Assembly: GCA_918797485.1 (NCBI GenBank)
Contig: CAKKNE010000004.1
Location: forward strand, 4,588,001-4,652,000
Length of the DNA stretch: 64,000 nucleotides
Reading direction: 5' to 3'
Origin: Pelagomonas calceolata
Taxonomy: Eukaryota
The first letter of the stretch is position 1, and the number at the start of each line of letters is the position of its first letter. The notes under the pieces are model-generated. The model saw nothing but the letters and a program-made list of their open reading frames with translations, was not told the DNA's origin and did no database searches. The position numbers were made by a program, and so were the translations under genes. Positions 29,901-38,800 of this stretch are shown piece by piece.

Positions 29901-31420
29901 GCGACGATCTCGTGGCCATTGACTGGGGGGACGAAGGCGACTGCTACTGCCAACACGACTGCGAGTGCATGGAGGACGTTGGTGACTCGGAGGATACCTA
30001 CCTCATCACGCGCGACTCAGCCGTCGCCGCGCTGCCGCACGAGTGTGGCCCCGGCGAAGGTGAAAACGCGGATGAGGACGAGGACGGCGACGAAGACGAG
30101 GAGTGCTGCGTCCATCACACTTACTGGGCCGACGGCTCGTTGGCCGGGACTACGTGCCCTCAATGCTGTTCGCCATTCGACGCCTCTACGATGAGCAGCA
30201 TCGGAAATGCGGGCTGTACGGGCTATTCCGATGCCGGTGAGGTGGCACCACCCTTCCTCGATTGCAGGCAGGAGGCGATCGACGCGGGGAGCTGCGGAAC
30301 GGGGCACATCTGCGCGACGTGCGCCGACTATGGCGTTCCCACGGGCCAGTACTGGTCGTTTGTCGGCTACGCATCGTGCCCCGACTGGGTGGTGGACGCC
30401 CTCTACGAGGATGCCGAAGACGGCGGCAATTGCGAGTCACATTTGGACGAGGATGGCGACGAGGACGATTGGACCGACGGCCCAGCTGGCTATTGCGATG
30501 GCGATCAAGAGGTCGAGCTAGGCGAGACGGCCTCGCGCGAGGAGTGCATCGACGCCTGCGAAGAGGCAGGATACGAAGCCATGGCGTGGGACACAATCGG
30601 GGGGGAGTGCTACTGCTTCATAGAGGAGTGGTGCGACTGCGTCGAGGAGTACGCCGTGGACTACGAGGACTGCTGGTGCGGCGAGACCGACGACGGGTTC
30701 GACCCCGAAGGCATGTCCGAGAGCGAGTGCGCCGCGGCGGGATGTGACCACTATTCTGAATTAGGGGGGGCCTGGTGCGAATGTGAGGAAGCCATGTGCG
30801 CGTCGGCCGGGGGGCAGTGGCAGTGCGAGGCCTTTGGGCCGATGGCTTTCAAGGGCTTTACGCGAGGGGTGTGTGACGACGAGGACGGCGACGAGGACGG
30901 GGACGAGGACGACATGGTTTGCGACTACGACTATACTCACTCGTACGGTGGTAACTCCTGCCGAGGTCCTTCCGCTTGCGGCTGCGGAGAGGACTCCTTC
31001 TGTAATTTCGTCGACGGAGACAGCGGGGGATGCGAGGCATGCTCCGACTTCGACAGCGTGTCGGAGTGCTACTACGGCAACGACATGCCGAGAGACGGCA
31101 AGGTCGATTGTTCTTCGTGTTGTTTCCCCCGGGAAAACCCCGGCAGCTACGTAAATCCGTTCGACGAGTCGGACCTTGCTCAATGCTTCGAGTGCGTGAG
31201 CGAAGAATGCGAGGAAGACGCGACGTACGAGACTATATGCAGCGGCTGCCTCGGCGAGGAGTGCAATGCGTGCAAGTTAGCCTTTGGCGCGGACGACCTC
31301 GAGGCCTTCGTGAGCGGCGGCTGCGACTACTTCGATGACGACTCGGACTCGGACATCGGCAGATGGTTTTGGTTCGAGGGCTGCGGGCTCCTGCGGGGGT
31401 GTGCGTACAGCTGCTCGTAG
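23999..31420 (+). CDS. Giant multi-pass membrane protein: Zn-finger + RelA/SpoT-like domain + TMs + LRR + C-type lectin + Cys/Asp-rich ectodomain
   Basis: Uninterrupted 2473-aa ORF. Motifs: LKQLFRAREK, LRDVLRASIV, IKNRF..PTPSGYRDVN, AELQIH; LYLTNKGITEIRPGAFKGL (LRR); SWRDAERYC...FWIG...WYPMLC...FVCE (CTL). Confidence 0.88.
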   Translation: MAQHDGGGSVKAIVKAEPVGGLSSLLLDEAMAAEAPYPCGRCGAFHGNESGYCSACSAGWFNYSLVAKTGRLQRRSYLALVTLVMSYFETSDRLVLSVFVGSTGLIVFFWFLTKSIATAAPAWIAALVLYVVAVLYLIPTIRGTVVTIEDVDKISALFDAATKTCLDGVAETDAGPEPHKCEGEQLVQPTSELRRLYVLARARLAGFEVEVVECLARADREPTEPRETKAAQLKQLFRAREKVAVDYGGRGERLRDVLRASIVCETVGELQTLGDALRALEAAGTVRVLQIKNRFRGHPTPSGYRDVNVSLLYHGFIAELQIHLRAIMSIAERQHVAYEYAREMDLMGVLEKPVEDTNCMASVRRQGITYLVARMVPATLSVVIGWLYVDAFCLRGANLIVKRADLLPTRKSSPPYVLLRVYGLILAAPYWANAFLLCRAAGFFGEKARQQRHEKTRVAMLYERYFGYDGTLFVWKIFCFQICEVALQSFGKLPLFLIWSSPFDCLRATCRNRIKSKSFGKAMSEGRSASFLHAFVIFFFAALLVNVLYPTFLLRTRHVFYQRNFSFIADTVLDVIYALVPFIFLGLGVRSQPMIIPHDPIEYTSNLFPMLHAHFVISVLERAAEERRALRKEAVVTASGVSDKLSGGDDEEGATAAPGAAGDGAVSTSKYAPQLYVALVVACVASWCVAFCAIGLELQITTTAFFFVTSLALPLAARAAGRPSFSTWMPALGLGPVYIAIFWARASPVFLCWALVAHGALVLFSAPETDTGPQTRASMAAGQGRLPRWGAAAYFLITAGSVVTATMLYLSGNAVYSTCQPCECDAKGVLLNCDVFAEAESLTLVKGLNVNAFVKELYLTNKGITEIRPGAFKGLPNLEKLVLKNNKIDGLEPRTFEGLHSIHRIELQRNDITSKAKVKCGALDGARRDDAGINVRVDRDELFCSEYRHISHITPCSCYDIPDQCTTATQEQLDSYYVPKLSDDSFIALSWRDAERYCESPWVMASGSAHLVTIRSEADLDAMNELMGCRDFWIGYDRQGNDTSWKWTSGDASTFEEWGGRGPGASRGGFDCATQSNLGEWYPMLCELPVRYPFVCELAEGSAWTWPTAAPTTIAPSVSPKPTMDLDLPLALAIDGTKDTFYYDAPLWTNDELLDEGGESKTDEFFTPSTTFTVVMRTGSEDRTLIIELSHPKSLKELFSGGYTKTSASLDEWRGLVPNAGYQENCNHQGFNVAADNCYVDDFSDWKCRLRLGIWFNEQNDCRSSDSFVGLGATEWSSGSVCEEADEGQCLNVPSFTRIYVGGVTAPPTFSPEPSRAPTTAVPTSSLAPTSSLPVPTIACGETRTGSTVNEAHWLSGNDAPDHFYLITPSETAYYHFSTCGSSFDTTLYLYHVQNSSSFDSCLREPAPHAGFVENIEKNMDDEGWQNCVFKMPSSSRDDLEDFWTKQELEAGETYVLQVTGHADQECWEDNERDASAAGDYVLSVECADEPVDTWCLGFEWCTDKQLGEDGTGFCNEVRNDLDGYCVTDADCEAKSSCYADCAATPGCDQPFLMCDEGVCHSYILDERCDGQDDDFDLGDGYSCWSDDEGTGWREAHCSMFARMDPPDYSSLDLAFRARDCYEYTEGPQVEYRTTMFLPAITPQDCLDQCADEEWSTAAIISADGSLCECVGGEVLKCYLRAAGTPDTSTIDALAGKKRVCHTRDVDLGGAEYKDVCSYDYPCEGRCHSSYTTMQCDGNGHIWQGEQCDSCDSSGCEPYDLTAQWGGWVVCDPATNAWGFDNDFNGVLDWVSGYIMPCSYDEWCERAECEPSGDVTSSPSGTTNRGTGNGYCSGGLEEWMGCAKSPADCWELCVSDHLDDLVAINWEKDDDSCYCQTGCQCMKDIGDDELYLITRDSAVAQLPDMCDDDDDDDDEECYIETSDDLSSSPSGTTNHGAGNGWCYSELDDLLGCAASPGDCFSMCEDSFGDDLVAIDWGDEGDCYCQHDCECMEDVGDSEDTYLITRDSAVAALPHECGPGEGENADEDEDGDEDEECCVHHTYWADGSLAGTTCPQCCSPFDASTMSSIGNAGCTGYSDAGEVAPPFLDCRQEAIDAGSCGTGHICATCADYGVPTGQYWSFVGYASCPDWVVDALYEDAEDGGNCESHLDEDGDEDDWTDGPAGYCDGDQEVELGETASREECIDACEEAGYEAMAWDTIGGECYCFIEEWCDCVEEYAVDYEDCWCGETDDGFDPEGMSESECAAAGCDHYSELGGAWCECEEAMCASAGGQWQCEAFGPMAFKGFTRGVCDDEDGDEDGDEDDMVCDYDYTHSYGGNSCRGPSACGCGEDSFCNFVDGDSGGCEACSDFDSVSECYYGNDMPRDGKVDCSSCCFPRENPGSYVNPFDESDLAQCFECVSEECEEDATYETICSGCLGEECNACKLAFGADDLEAFVSGGCDYFDDDSDSDIGRWFWFEGCGLLRGCAYSCS
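29447..30046 (+). repeat. Intragenic duplication of a ~270-bp Cys-rich module
   Basis: SSPSGTTN.G.GNG.C...DLVAI.W...CYCQ..C.CM.D.GD...YLITRDSAVA.LP..C occurs at ~29447-29716 and ~29777-30046. Confidence 0.9.
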
Positions 31421-31561
31421 CTTTCCGAAGCGCCTCTTCTACCTTCTTTGCGAGAGCTTTTTGCTGTTTCCTTCCCGAACTCAGATAGGGACTCGAATAA
31501 CAATATACATCCTAAATAAAGCGCGCGCCTGGTCCAGCAGATATTAGAACCACTTACGCTC

Positions 31562-32929
31562 CTAGACCGCCTGCGCGCGCCGCTCGGCCTCGTTCGCGCG
31601 CTCGAGCTTGACGACCTCGGCCTCGATCTTCGACGCCTGGGCCGAGAGGTAGGCGAGGGACTGGTGATGCGCGTTCACGATCTTCATAATATCTCTGGAT
31701 TTCTCGTCGCCATTCTCGTCGTGCGACAGGTTCAACTTCGTCACGACGTCCTTGAGCTGGTCGAGCATGCCCCCGAGCTGCGTCTCGAGGCGCACGCTCA
31801 AATCATAAGCGTGCTCCCGCTCGACGTCGGCGTCGAGCGGCGGCCGCACGGCACTTCTCGCGAACAGGTCGTCGACGTGGCGCTCCATCGCATCTAAATC
31901 CCCGTCCAGGTCGTCCTGGTAGGCCCGCACCTCGTCCAGCACTTTCTCCGTGCGCTGCTGCGCGACCACCAGCTTCTCCGCGTACGCCGACACCTCGACG
32001 ATTTCCCGCTGCGACGCCCGGATCTCGTTCTCCCACTCCCGTAGCTGCTCCGTCTGCTTCGTGAACTCCGCCACGTCGGCCTCCAAACTCGCCTTCCAGC
32101 CCTGGACGATCTCCTCTACCGACTTGTTGCGCACGTCGGCGGGCGGCGCCGGCACGGCGGCGAGCGGTTGCTGTTGCTGTTGCGGCGCGGCGGCGCCGAA
32201 GGAGAGTGTGGGTGCTGTTGTGGCAGGGGCTGGTGCGGCGGCACCGAATGACAGCGCGGCGGCGGGCGCGGGTGCCGGTGCGCCGAACGACAGCGTCGGC
32301 GCGGCGGCGGCCGGCGCGGGCGCCGCGGCGGCCCCGAAGAGCCCTCCGGCGGCAGCTGCGGGCGCCGGCGCGGCGGCGGGAGTTGCACCGAACAGCGGCG
32401 CGGGCGCGGCGGCGGCCGGCGCTCCAAAGGAGAACCCTCCTGCCGCCGCGGGCGCCGGAGCCGCAGCGGGTGTGGCCGCCGCGGGCGCCCCAAACAGGCC
32501 GCCCGCAGCAGCGGGAGCGGGCGCCGCGGCGGCGCCGAAGGCCGCGGGCGTCGCGGACGCCGGCGCGCCGAAGGAGAAGCCGCCCGCGGCGGCCGGTGCG
32601 GGCGCCGCCGCGGCTGGCGTGGCCGCAGAAGGTGCGCCAAATAACCCCCCAGCGGGGGCCGCCGCGGGCGGGGCGGCCGGAGCGCCGAATGAAAAACCAC
32701 CGCCAGCCGCCGCGGCGGGTGCGGGCGCGGCGGCGGCCGGAGCGCCAAATGCTGGCGCCGTCGTGCCACCAGCTGGCGCTCCAAAGCTAAATCCGCCCGC
32801 GGGCGCAGGCGTCGCCGCTGGCGCGCCAAAGGCTGGAGCGGCACCTCCCGCAGGGGCGCCAAAGGAGAAGGTCGCCGCCGCCGGCGCAGGGGCCCCGGCG
32901 GGTGCGGGCGCGCCGAATGAAAAAGCCAT
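31562..32929 (-). CDS. NUP62: FG nucleoporin Nup62/Nsp1
   Basis: Many FSFG/GLFG repeats, then NKSVEEIVQGWKASLE...F..Q...LREWE...EREHAYDLS (Nsp1 C-terminal coiled coil). Confidence 0.88.
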   Translation of the reverse strand: MAFSFGAPAPAGAPAPAAATFSFGAPAGGAAPAFGAPAATPAPAGGFSFGAPAGGTTAPAFGAPAAAAPAPAAAAGGGFSFGAPAAPPAAAPAGGLFGAPSAATPAAAAPAPAAAGGFSFGAPASATPAAFGAAAAPAPAAAGGLFGAPAAATPAAAPAPAAAGGFSFGAPAAAAPAPLFGATPAAAPAPAAAAGGLFGAAAAPAPAAAAPTLSFGAPAPAPAAALSFGAAAPAPATTAPTLSFGAAAPQQQQQPLAAVPAPPADVRNKSVEEIVQGWKASLEADVAEFTKQTEQLREWENEIRASQREIVEVSAYAEKLVVAQQRTEKVLDEVRAYQDDLDGDLDAMERHVDDLFARSAVRPPLDADVEREHAYDLSVRLETQLGGMLDQLKDVVTKLNLSHDENGDEKSRDIMKIVNAHHQSLAYLSAQASKIEAEVVKLERANEAERRAQAV

Positions 32930-32981
32930 GCAAGAAGAGTAGTACGAGCACCACAACGACGCGCGGCCGCGAGTCGAGCTT

Positions 32982-33005
32982 GCTAGCGGTATGTAACACA
33001 CTAGT
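32982..33005 (-). promoter_or_regulatory. 24-bp motif copy
   Basis: Reverse complement ACTAGTGTGTTACATACCGCTAGC between divergent NUP62/PAM18. Confidence 0.5.
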
Positions 33006-33186
33006 CAAACTCGACGCTTGTCTCAGCGGAGGCCTTATCACGTTGGAGCCATCGCTGTATTAGCGTATCATAACGCATCGCTGATTCGATACGGTTCTGC
33101 CTCGCGAACGAAATTGGAACCGGCACGCCGTGCCAATCTCAGGAGCCACACCTGCACGTCAATCAGCGCACGCCGCAAGAGCAACC

Positions 33187-33738
33187 ATGTCCTCGCTCCT
33201 CCTACGCACAGCGAGGCGCGCCGCGGGCCCGCACGCGCTAGCGAGAGCAGCGGGCCCGCGCGCGACGCTCCGGAGGAGACCACTCCCCACACCACCCACG
33301 CGGCACGACAGCACGACGGCCCTGGTGGTAGCGGGCATCGCCGTCGGGGCCGGCGGCATTGCGTACAAGGCGGCCGTGCACCTCTCAGGCCAAGCCGAGG
33401 AGTCCCTAAAGGCCGCGCGCGAAGCAGCACAAAAGGCAGCCGAGGAGCGCAAGCAGAACCCCGAACCTAAAAAGAAGGATGGCGAGAAGTCGAGCTTCGC
33501 GACGTGGTTCGACAGCGCGGGCCGGCGCCACTACGAGGGCCCCTTCGAGTCGCCTATGACGCGGCGCGAGGCGGCGCTCATCCTCGGCGTGCGCGAGACG
33601 GCCACCGCGAAACGGATCAAGGACGCGCACCGGCGCATGACGCGCATCAACCACCCCGATTTGGGGGGCTCGGCCTTCCTGACCGCGAAGGTCAACGAGG
33701 CGAAGGAGATGCTCATGAAGGGGAAGGGCGACGATTAA
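33187..33738 (+). CDS. PAM18: Mitochondrial import motor J-protein PAM18/TIM14
   Basis: YEGPFESPMTRREAALILG...AHRRMTRINHPDLGGSAFLTAKVNEAKEML; presequence and one TM. Confidence 0.92.
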   Translation: MSSLLLRTARRAAGPHALARAAGPRATLRRRPLPTPPTRHDSTTALVVAGIAVGAGGIAYKAAVHLSGQAEESLKAAREAAQKAAEERKQNPEPKKKDGEKSSFATWFDSAGRRHYEGPFESPMTRREAALILGVRETATAKRIKDAHRRMTRINHPDLGGSAFLTAKVNEAKEMLMKGKGDD

Positions 33739-34019
33739 CTTTGAATGTGTTTTTATTTGCGTCGACGGCGTGTTGTTGCCCAGGGACCAGTTTCCGCGTG
33801 TCGTCGGGAACAGTGGCCGCCACCTCCTGAGGCCTTGCAAGCGAGTCGAGGGACCTTCCGCAGCAGCGAGGGACTCTTGATCCCTGTAGCAGCACGTGCA
33901 TCCCCCACTCCCATCGGCACCGCAATCTACCGTTCCCCTCCGTCCACCTCCTCGCTGCTGAGGTCCATTGGCGGAGGAGTCAGAACGCCAACGACGCAAC
34001 CAAAAAATGGAGAAAATAC

Positions 34020-35321
34020 TTAGTCCCAGAGCGCCAAAGCCTCATCCAGGGACGACACCGCCGCGTCGAGCTGCGCCTCGTCGATCACGAGAGGAGGCGC
34101 GAGACGAATGATGTTGCCGTGCGTCGGCTTGGCCAACACCCCGCGGTCGCGCATGGCCAGGCAGACGTCGTAGGCCAATTCCCCGGGCTTCTGGGCGTCG
34201 TCGATAATTAACGCCCGGAGTAAGCCCCGTCCGCGCGTGTCGAGGGCGATCTTCCGCTTACTGACCAACCTCTTGAGCTCCCCGTCCAATATATCACCCA
34301 TCCGCTGGGCGTTCTCGACCATGCCCTCGTCGATCAACGCGTTGAGGGCGGCCATCGCGACGCGCGCGGCGACGGGGTTCCCGCCGTAGGTGGAACCGTG
34401 CTCGCCCGGTCTCACGTTGAGCATGATCTCGGAATCGCACAAGACCGCTGACACGGGATAGGCGCCACCGCTCAGAGCCTTGCCCAGCACGAGGATGTCC
34501 GGTCTGACATTAACGTGGTCGACCGCGAGTAATTTACCAGTACGTCCAATGCCCGTCTGGACCTCGTCGGCCACCATCAGACAATTGTACTTCTCGCACA
34601 GAGCTTTCACGCCGGGCAAGTAGTCGTCGGGCGGCACCACTACCCCCGCCTCGCCCTGGATCGGCTCGAGCATCACCGCGGCCACGTTCGCACCGTGCTT
34701 CTTCAATGCAGCTTCCAGCTTAGCAAGGTCTTCGTAGGGCACCAAGTCGAAGCCCGGCGCGTACGGACCGAAGCCCTCCTTGCACGTCGGGTCCGAGGAC
34801 GACGACAGAGCCGCGATGCTTCTACCCCAAAAATTGTTCTCCGCCATGATGACGACGGCGTCGCCTTTCACGCCCTTGACGTCGTAGGCCCACCTTCGTG
34901 CGAGTTTGACTGCCGTTTCCGAGCCTTCTACTCCACTGTTCATGGGCAGCAAGCGCTCGTAGCCAAACAATGACGTCATGAACTCGCAGTACTCCCCGAG
35001 CACATCATTGTAGAAAGCTCGCGACGTCAAGCCGAGCGTGCCCGCCTGGTCCGACAGAGCCTGGACGATTTTTGGGTGGCAGTGGCCTTGGTTGACGGCA
35101 CTATAAGCTGATAAAAAATCCAGGTACTCCTCTCCATCAGCATCCCAGACGCGGCAGCCGTCGCCCTTCGCTAGCACTACCGGTAATGGGGCATAATTTT
35201 CAGCTCCTACCTTGCTTTCTCTGGCTACTAACGAGGCGGACTTCGGTCCTAGTGGTTGGGGCGCGAAGGCGGACAAGGTTCTTGCCTGTCTGCGTGCGAT
35301 CGTCGTCGCGGCGCGCATCAT
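34020..35321 (-). CDS. OAT: Ornithine aminotransferase (class III PLP enzyme), mitochondrial
   Basis: YLDFLSAYSAVNQGHCHP, EPIQGEAG, DEVQTGIGRTG, LGKALSGG, GEHGSTYGGNP, LAKPTHGNIIRLAPPL. Confidence 0.95.
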   Translation of the reverse strand: MMRAATTIARRQARTLSAFAPQPLGPKSASLVARESKVGAENYAPLPVVLAKGDGCRVWDADGEEYLDFLSAYSAVNQGHCHPKIVQALSDQAGTLGLTSRAFYNDVLGEYCEFMTSLFGYERLLPMNSGVEGSETAVKLARRWAYDVKGVKGDAVVIMAENNFWGRSIAALSSSSDPTCKEGFGPYAPGFDLVPYEDLAKLEAALKKHGANVAAVMLEPIQGEAGVVVPPDDYLPGVKALCEKYNCLMVADEVQTGIGRTGKLLAVDHVNVRPDILVLGKALSGGAYPVSAVLCDSEIMLNVRPGEHGSTYGGNPVAARVAMAALNALIDEGMVENAQRMGDILDGELKRLVSKRKIALDTRGRGLLRALIIDDAQKPGELAYDVCLAMRDRGVLAKPTHGNIIRLAPPLVIDEAQLDAAVSSLDEALALWD

Positions 35322-35872
35322 TCTTTGTGTACTGTCGCGGCGATGGCGTGTGTGTGATTTGGGTTTGCAGCCTGCCAGTGATTGCAGTGCTTGTTTTTTT
35401 GTGGCCCTGCGAAGCGATTGCAAGCTCTGCAGGTTGTAAGGTGCGGAATGTAATGTCGAATGCTACCGTGTCGTGTACGGCTGCTGCGAGCGTGCACGCC
35501 AGTGGCTAAATCGCTGGCTCGAGCAAGCTCTGCGACCTGCGGACTGCGACTTGATCGCCCGGCCACCGCTCCACTAGGTCTTTCAGCAGCCTTCAGACCA
35601 CGTGCCCAATGCACATGCGGGGAGCTTTCGCGCTACTCTAGGCCCACTAGGGGCTGCCCATCCACAGCGCAAAGCGCAACGACGCTGCGCCCAGACGCAA
35701 GCCCCGTCGAGGCGAGCGACACGGCGGTGCAGTCTGGAACACATCGCACGAGTGGCGTCCAACGCGAGGACGCGAGGACGCGCGCGCAGCCGACGGGGCA
35801 GCCCTAAGGCTCAGTGCTTGGGCGCCACCGATACGCTGCTGCCGGCGCGGAGCCACAAAACAACCAAGAAAG

Positions 35873-38800
35873 ATGGTCGCCACGCTCCAGGGCCACCGCG
35901 ACGCCGTCAAGGACCCGGCCCACCGCGCGAGATTGTGGGCCCGGCCCGCCACGAGCGACGAGCCGCAGCAGGTCGACGCGCTGCTGACCTGGGTCGAGAA
36001 TTTATGGAGGGAGCTCAAGATCAAGGAGGAAGATAGATCGTTATTCCTCGAAGCGAACAACCTACCTTCCAGAAATTTAGTGGATAGGCTCCAGCGCACC
36101 GTTTATGCGGAGCTGGTGTCTGAACCGACAAAGCGGCCGAAGTCCGCGTCTTCTTCCAGACCCAAAACGGCGCCCTTCCCCGATGCAAGGCGCCAGAAGG
36201 ACGTCGACCAACGGTGCGCGCCGCTCGCCGCGCACGCGAGGTTGCTACTACGCTTCCGGAGGGCTACGCTACGCGCGTTGCGGGAGATCGAGTCCCGAGA
36301 GAAGCTCGTCAAACGAGTCAAGGACTGCTTTCGAAGGTATCGGGGCGCACCACCTGTCCCAAGAAGGAAGAAGCGCACGTCGACGATTTACGACGACGAC
36401 GACGAGGCCCAGCCGCCCTCATCCGAAACGCAGATCAAGGAGGCGCTGGCCGACCTGAAAGCGACCTTGCGACCGTTGAACGAAGCCACGGCGCGCGTCG
36501 TCGCCGCCGTCGCGGCGTGGCGCTGCTACCAGTGGCGGCCCGAGCCCTTCCTCTGGAAGGGCCGGGACTACCTCGAGAAATGTACGACGGATCTCCATTT
36601 TCTCGGCGAGTGCGCCGCGCCCGAGGGCGTGCGGAAACCCGATAGAAGACTAGCTGCCGCGTTAGGGCCCTGGGCGTCGCATCCGGCCACGAACTGCGTC
36701 TGGTGGCACGAGCGGACCAAGTCCGAATCCGCGCGCGAGGCGCAGAAAAACGCGGAGTTACGGGGCCGGGACTCGCTGAGGAGGTGGATCCGCCACACGT
36801 TGGACGTTGCTGCGGCTTCTCGGGAGGAGGACCGGACTGCCGCTGCGGACGCTGCAGCTAGAGCGTGTCTGAAGTTGTACGCTCCTGGCAAAGGGGATCT
36901 CCCGGACCTAAGCTCAGCGAGAACTTTATTGCTGGACGAGCCGTGGCTGCGGAGCGGCGTCGAGAAGGAACGAGTCAGGATGGCTAGAGCCAAGGTGCCT
37001 TTGCCTTGTTTGAGGTGGCTGCCACCTTGTGTCGATGCTCCAGCAGTACTAGCGGCGGCCAACGTCTTCCACGGCGCCAAGTCGTACCAGCAGCTCCAGA
37101 CGGCCGAGCGGCAATTACGAGTACGCTGTGAGGGCGAATTTACGAGAAGACTCAAAGAACGGGCCGCGACCGACCCGGACGCCTTCAAGAAGAAGAAGCG
37201 CCGGCGCCGACGACGGAAATCCGTGGACGCGCCGGCCCCGGCGCCTCTGAAACAAGTGACGTTCCAAACGGCGCAACACGCGACGATGGCCGCGAACATC
37301 TTCGCGAAGAAGGACCAGTTGGGCTTGAGGAAGCTCCAGCTGTCCTTTAGACTTAGAAGAGATAAAAGATTGACGGAGATCGCGCACGCGAAAAAGGCCG
37401 CGCATGCGTTGAAGCGAAAACAACTGGCGCGGGGCGGTGCGGCTCTTACCTGCCTTGAATTTGATGATAACAAGCGCTTTTCGTCGCAGTTCAAGGTGGA
37501 AGATGACGTGGTCCGTCGACAGATAGACTACCTGGACCTGAGGCTCGACGAGCCCCAGAAGCACTTCGACCTCGAGTCTCTACCTGGTCGCGGTGATCGT
37601 GATGGTCGCGGGTGTGAGTTGAGAGAAAGGCTGCCGCCCTGTTCCGGCGTGGATGCTCCTAGGGATGAGATGCGGACCGAGCACTGGGAGAAAGGGCTCT
37701 TGTCGGGTGTCTATGCCTATGCGCGACCACCTTCTCTCACTCCAGCCGTCAAGGAACGGAAGAAGAAGCAGAAGGCGCGGTACAATCAAGGCTGGGGCTC
37801 TTCACCTTCAAAGAAGAAGGCGCCGCCGGAGGCCCGCGCGCCGCCGACGCCGCAAGCGGACGAACCTGATGATGTACAGGAGGAGTTGCGCGCGGCGACG
37901 TACCACCCGAGAGATGGGTATTTGGTCGACGGGTCCAAGGCGTCGTCTGAGGAGTTAGTGTGGTGCTTCCGCAAGGGTCAACGGTTGGCACTGGTCATGG
38001 GTCGCATGCCCCACGAGAAAGTGCGGGCCATGTGTACGGTCGTGGCGTATGCGAATGGTACCTATTCCTGTGTTTGTGACGACGGCGAGGGGATTACCCT
38101 GGACCCGACCGGGCATCGCACGAGGACTCTTGAGATTCCGCTAGACAAAAAACGGGAGGTCCGAGGTTTACAAAGAACGCATAGGATAGCGGAGGCGCCG
38201 GCGCCGGCGCCGTCCGCTTCAGAACCGTCCCTCGGCTTCGACATCGATGAATCCAGAGAAGTCGCGCGGGTGGATCCTGGCTCATGGGCGGAAGAACTGG
38301 GCATCGCCCACGGCTGGGTCCTGAAATCCGTGGACAAGAACCGCATCGCGGACCACCAGTCGTTCGTCGATGCGGCGCTGACCATCGCCAAGGTGAGGAG
38401 GAAAGGCTCGGTCCAATTGGACTTCGAGGTCCCGTCGTTCGAACTGTGTAAACCATCAGTTGAATATCATACCGGACAAAGACTAACGGTGCTGTACCAT
38501 GGGCGATGGCGCGACGCCATGACGCTGAAGAAGCCGTGGGAAGAGCATCCTCGAGTCGAGGAGCGGCACCGGCATCGCTTGAGGGTCTTCATGAACCAAT
38601 CACACGTAGAAACCTGCGTCCTCGGTTTGAATCATATGAACCACGCGATCCTGTTCGGGGAAGCGCCGGATAATGAAAATGCGTATCAGGCGTGGAAGGA
38701 AGAACGCCCAGAATGGGGCGACATGTTCGACGCCGTGCGCAGTAGATGCTTGTCAAGGGAGAAGCGGGGCAAACGGAGGCAGTCCTACCACGCTCTGGTC

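Noticed and set aside
32116..32929. Highly repetitive GC-rich tract
   Set aside because: Explained by the FG/Ala-Pro repeats of Nup62.
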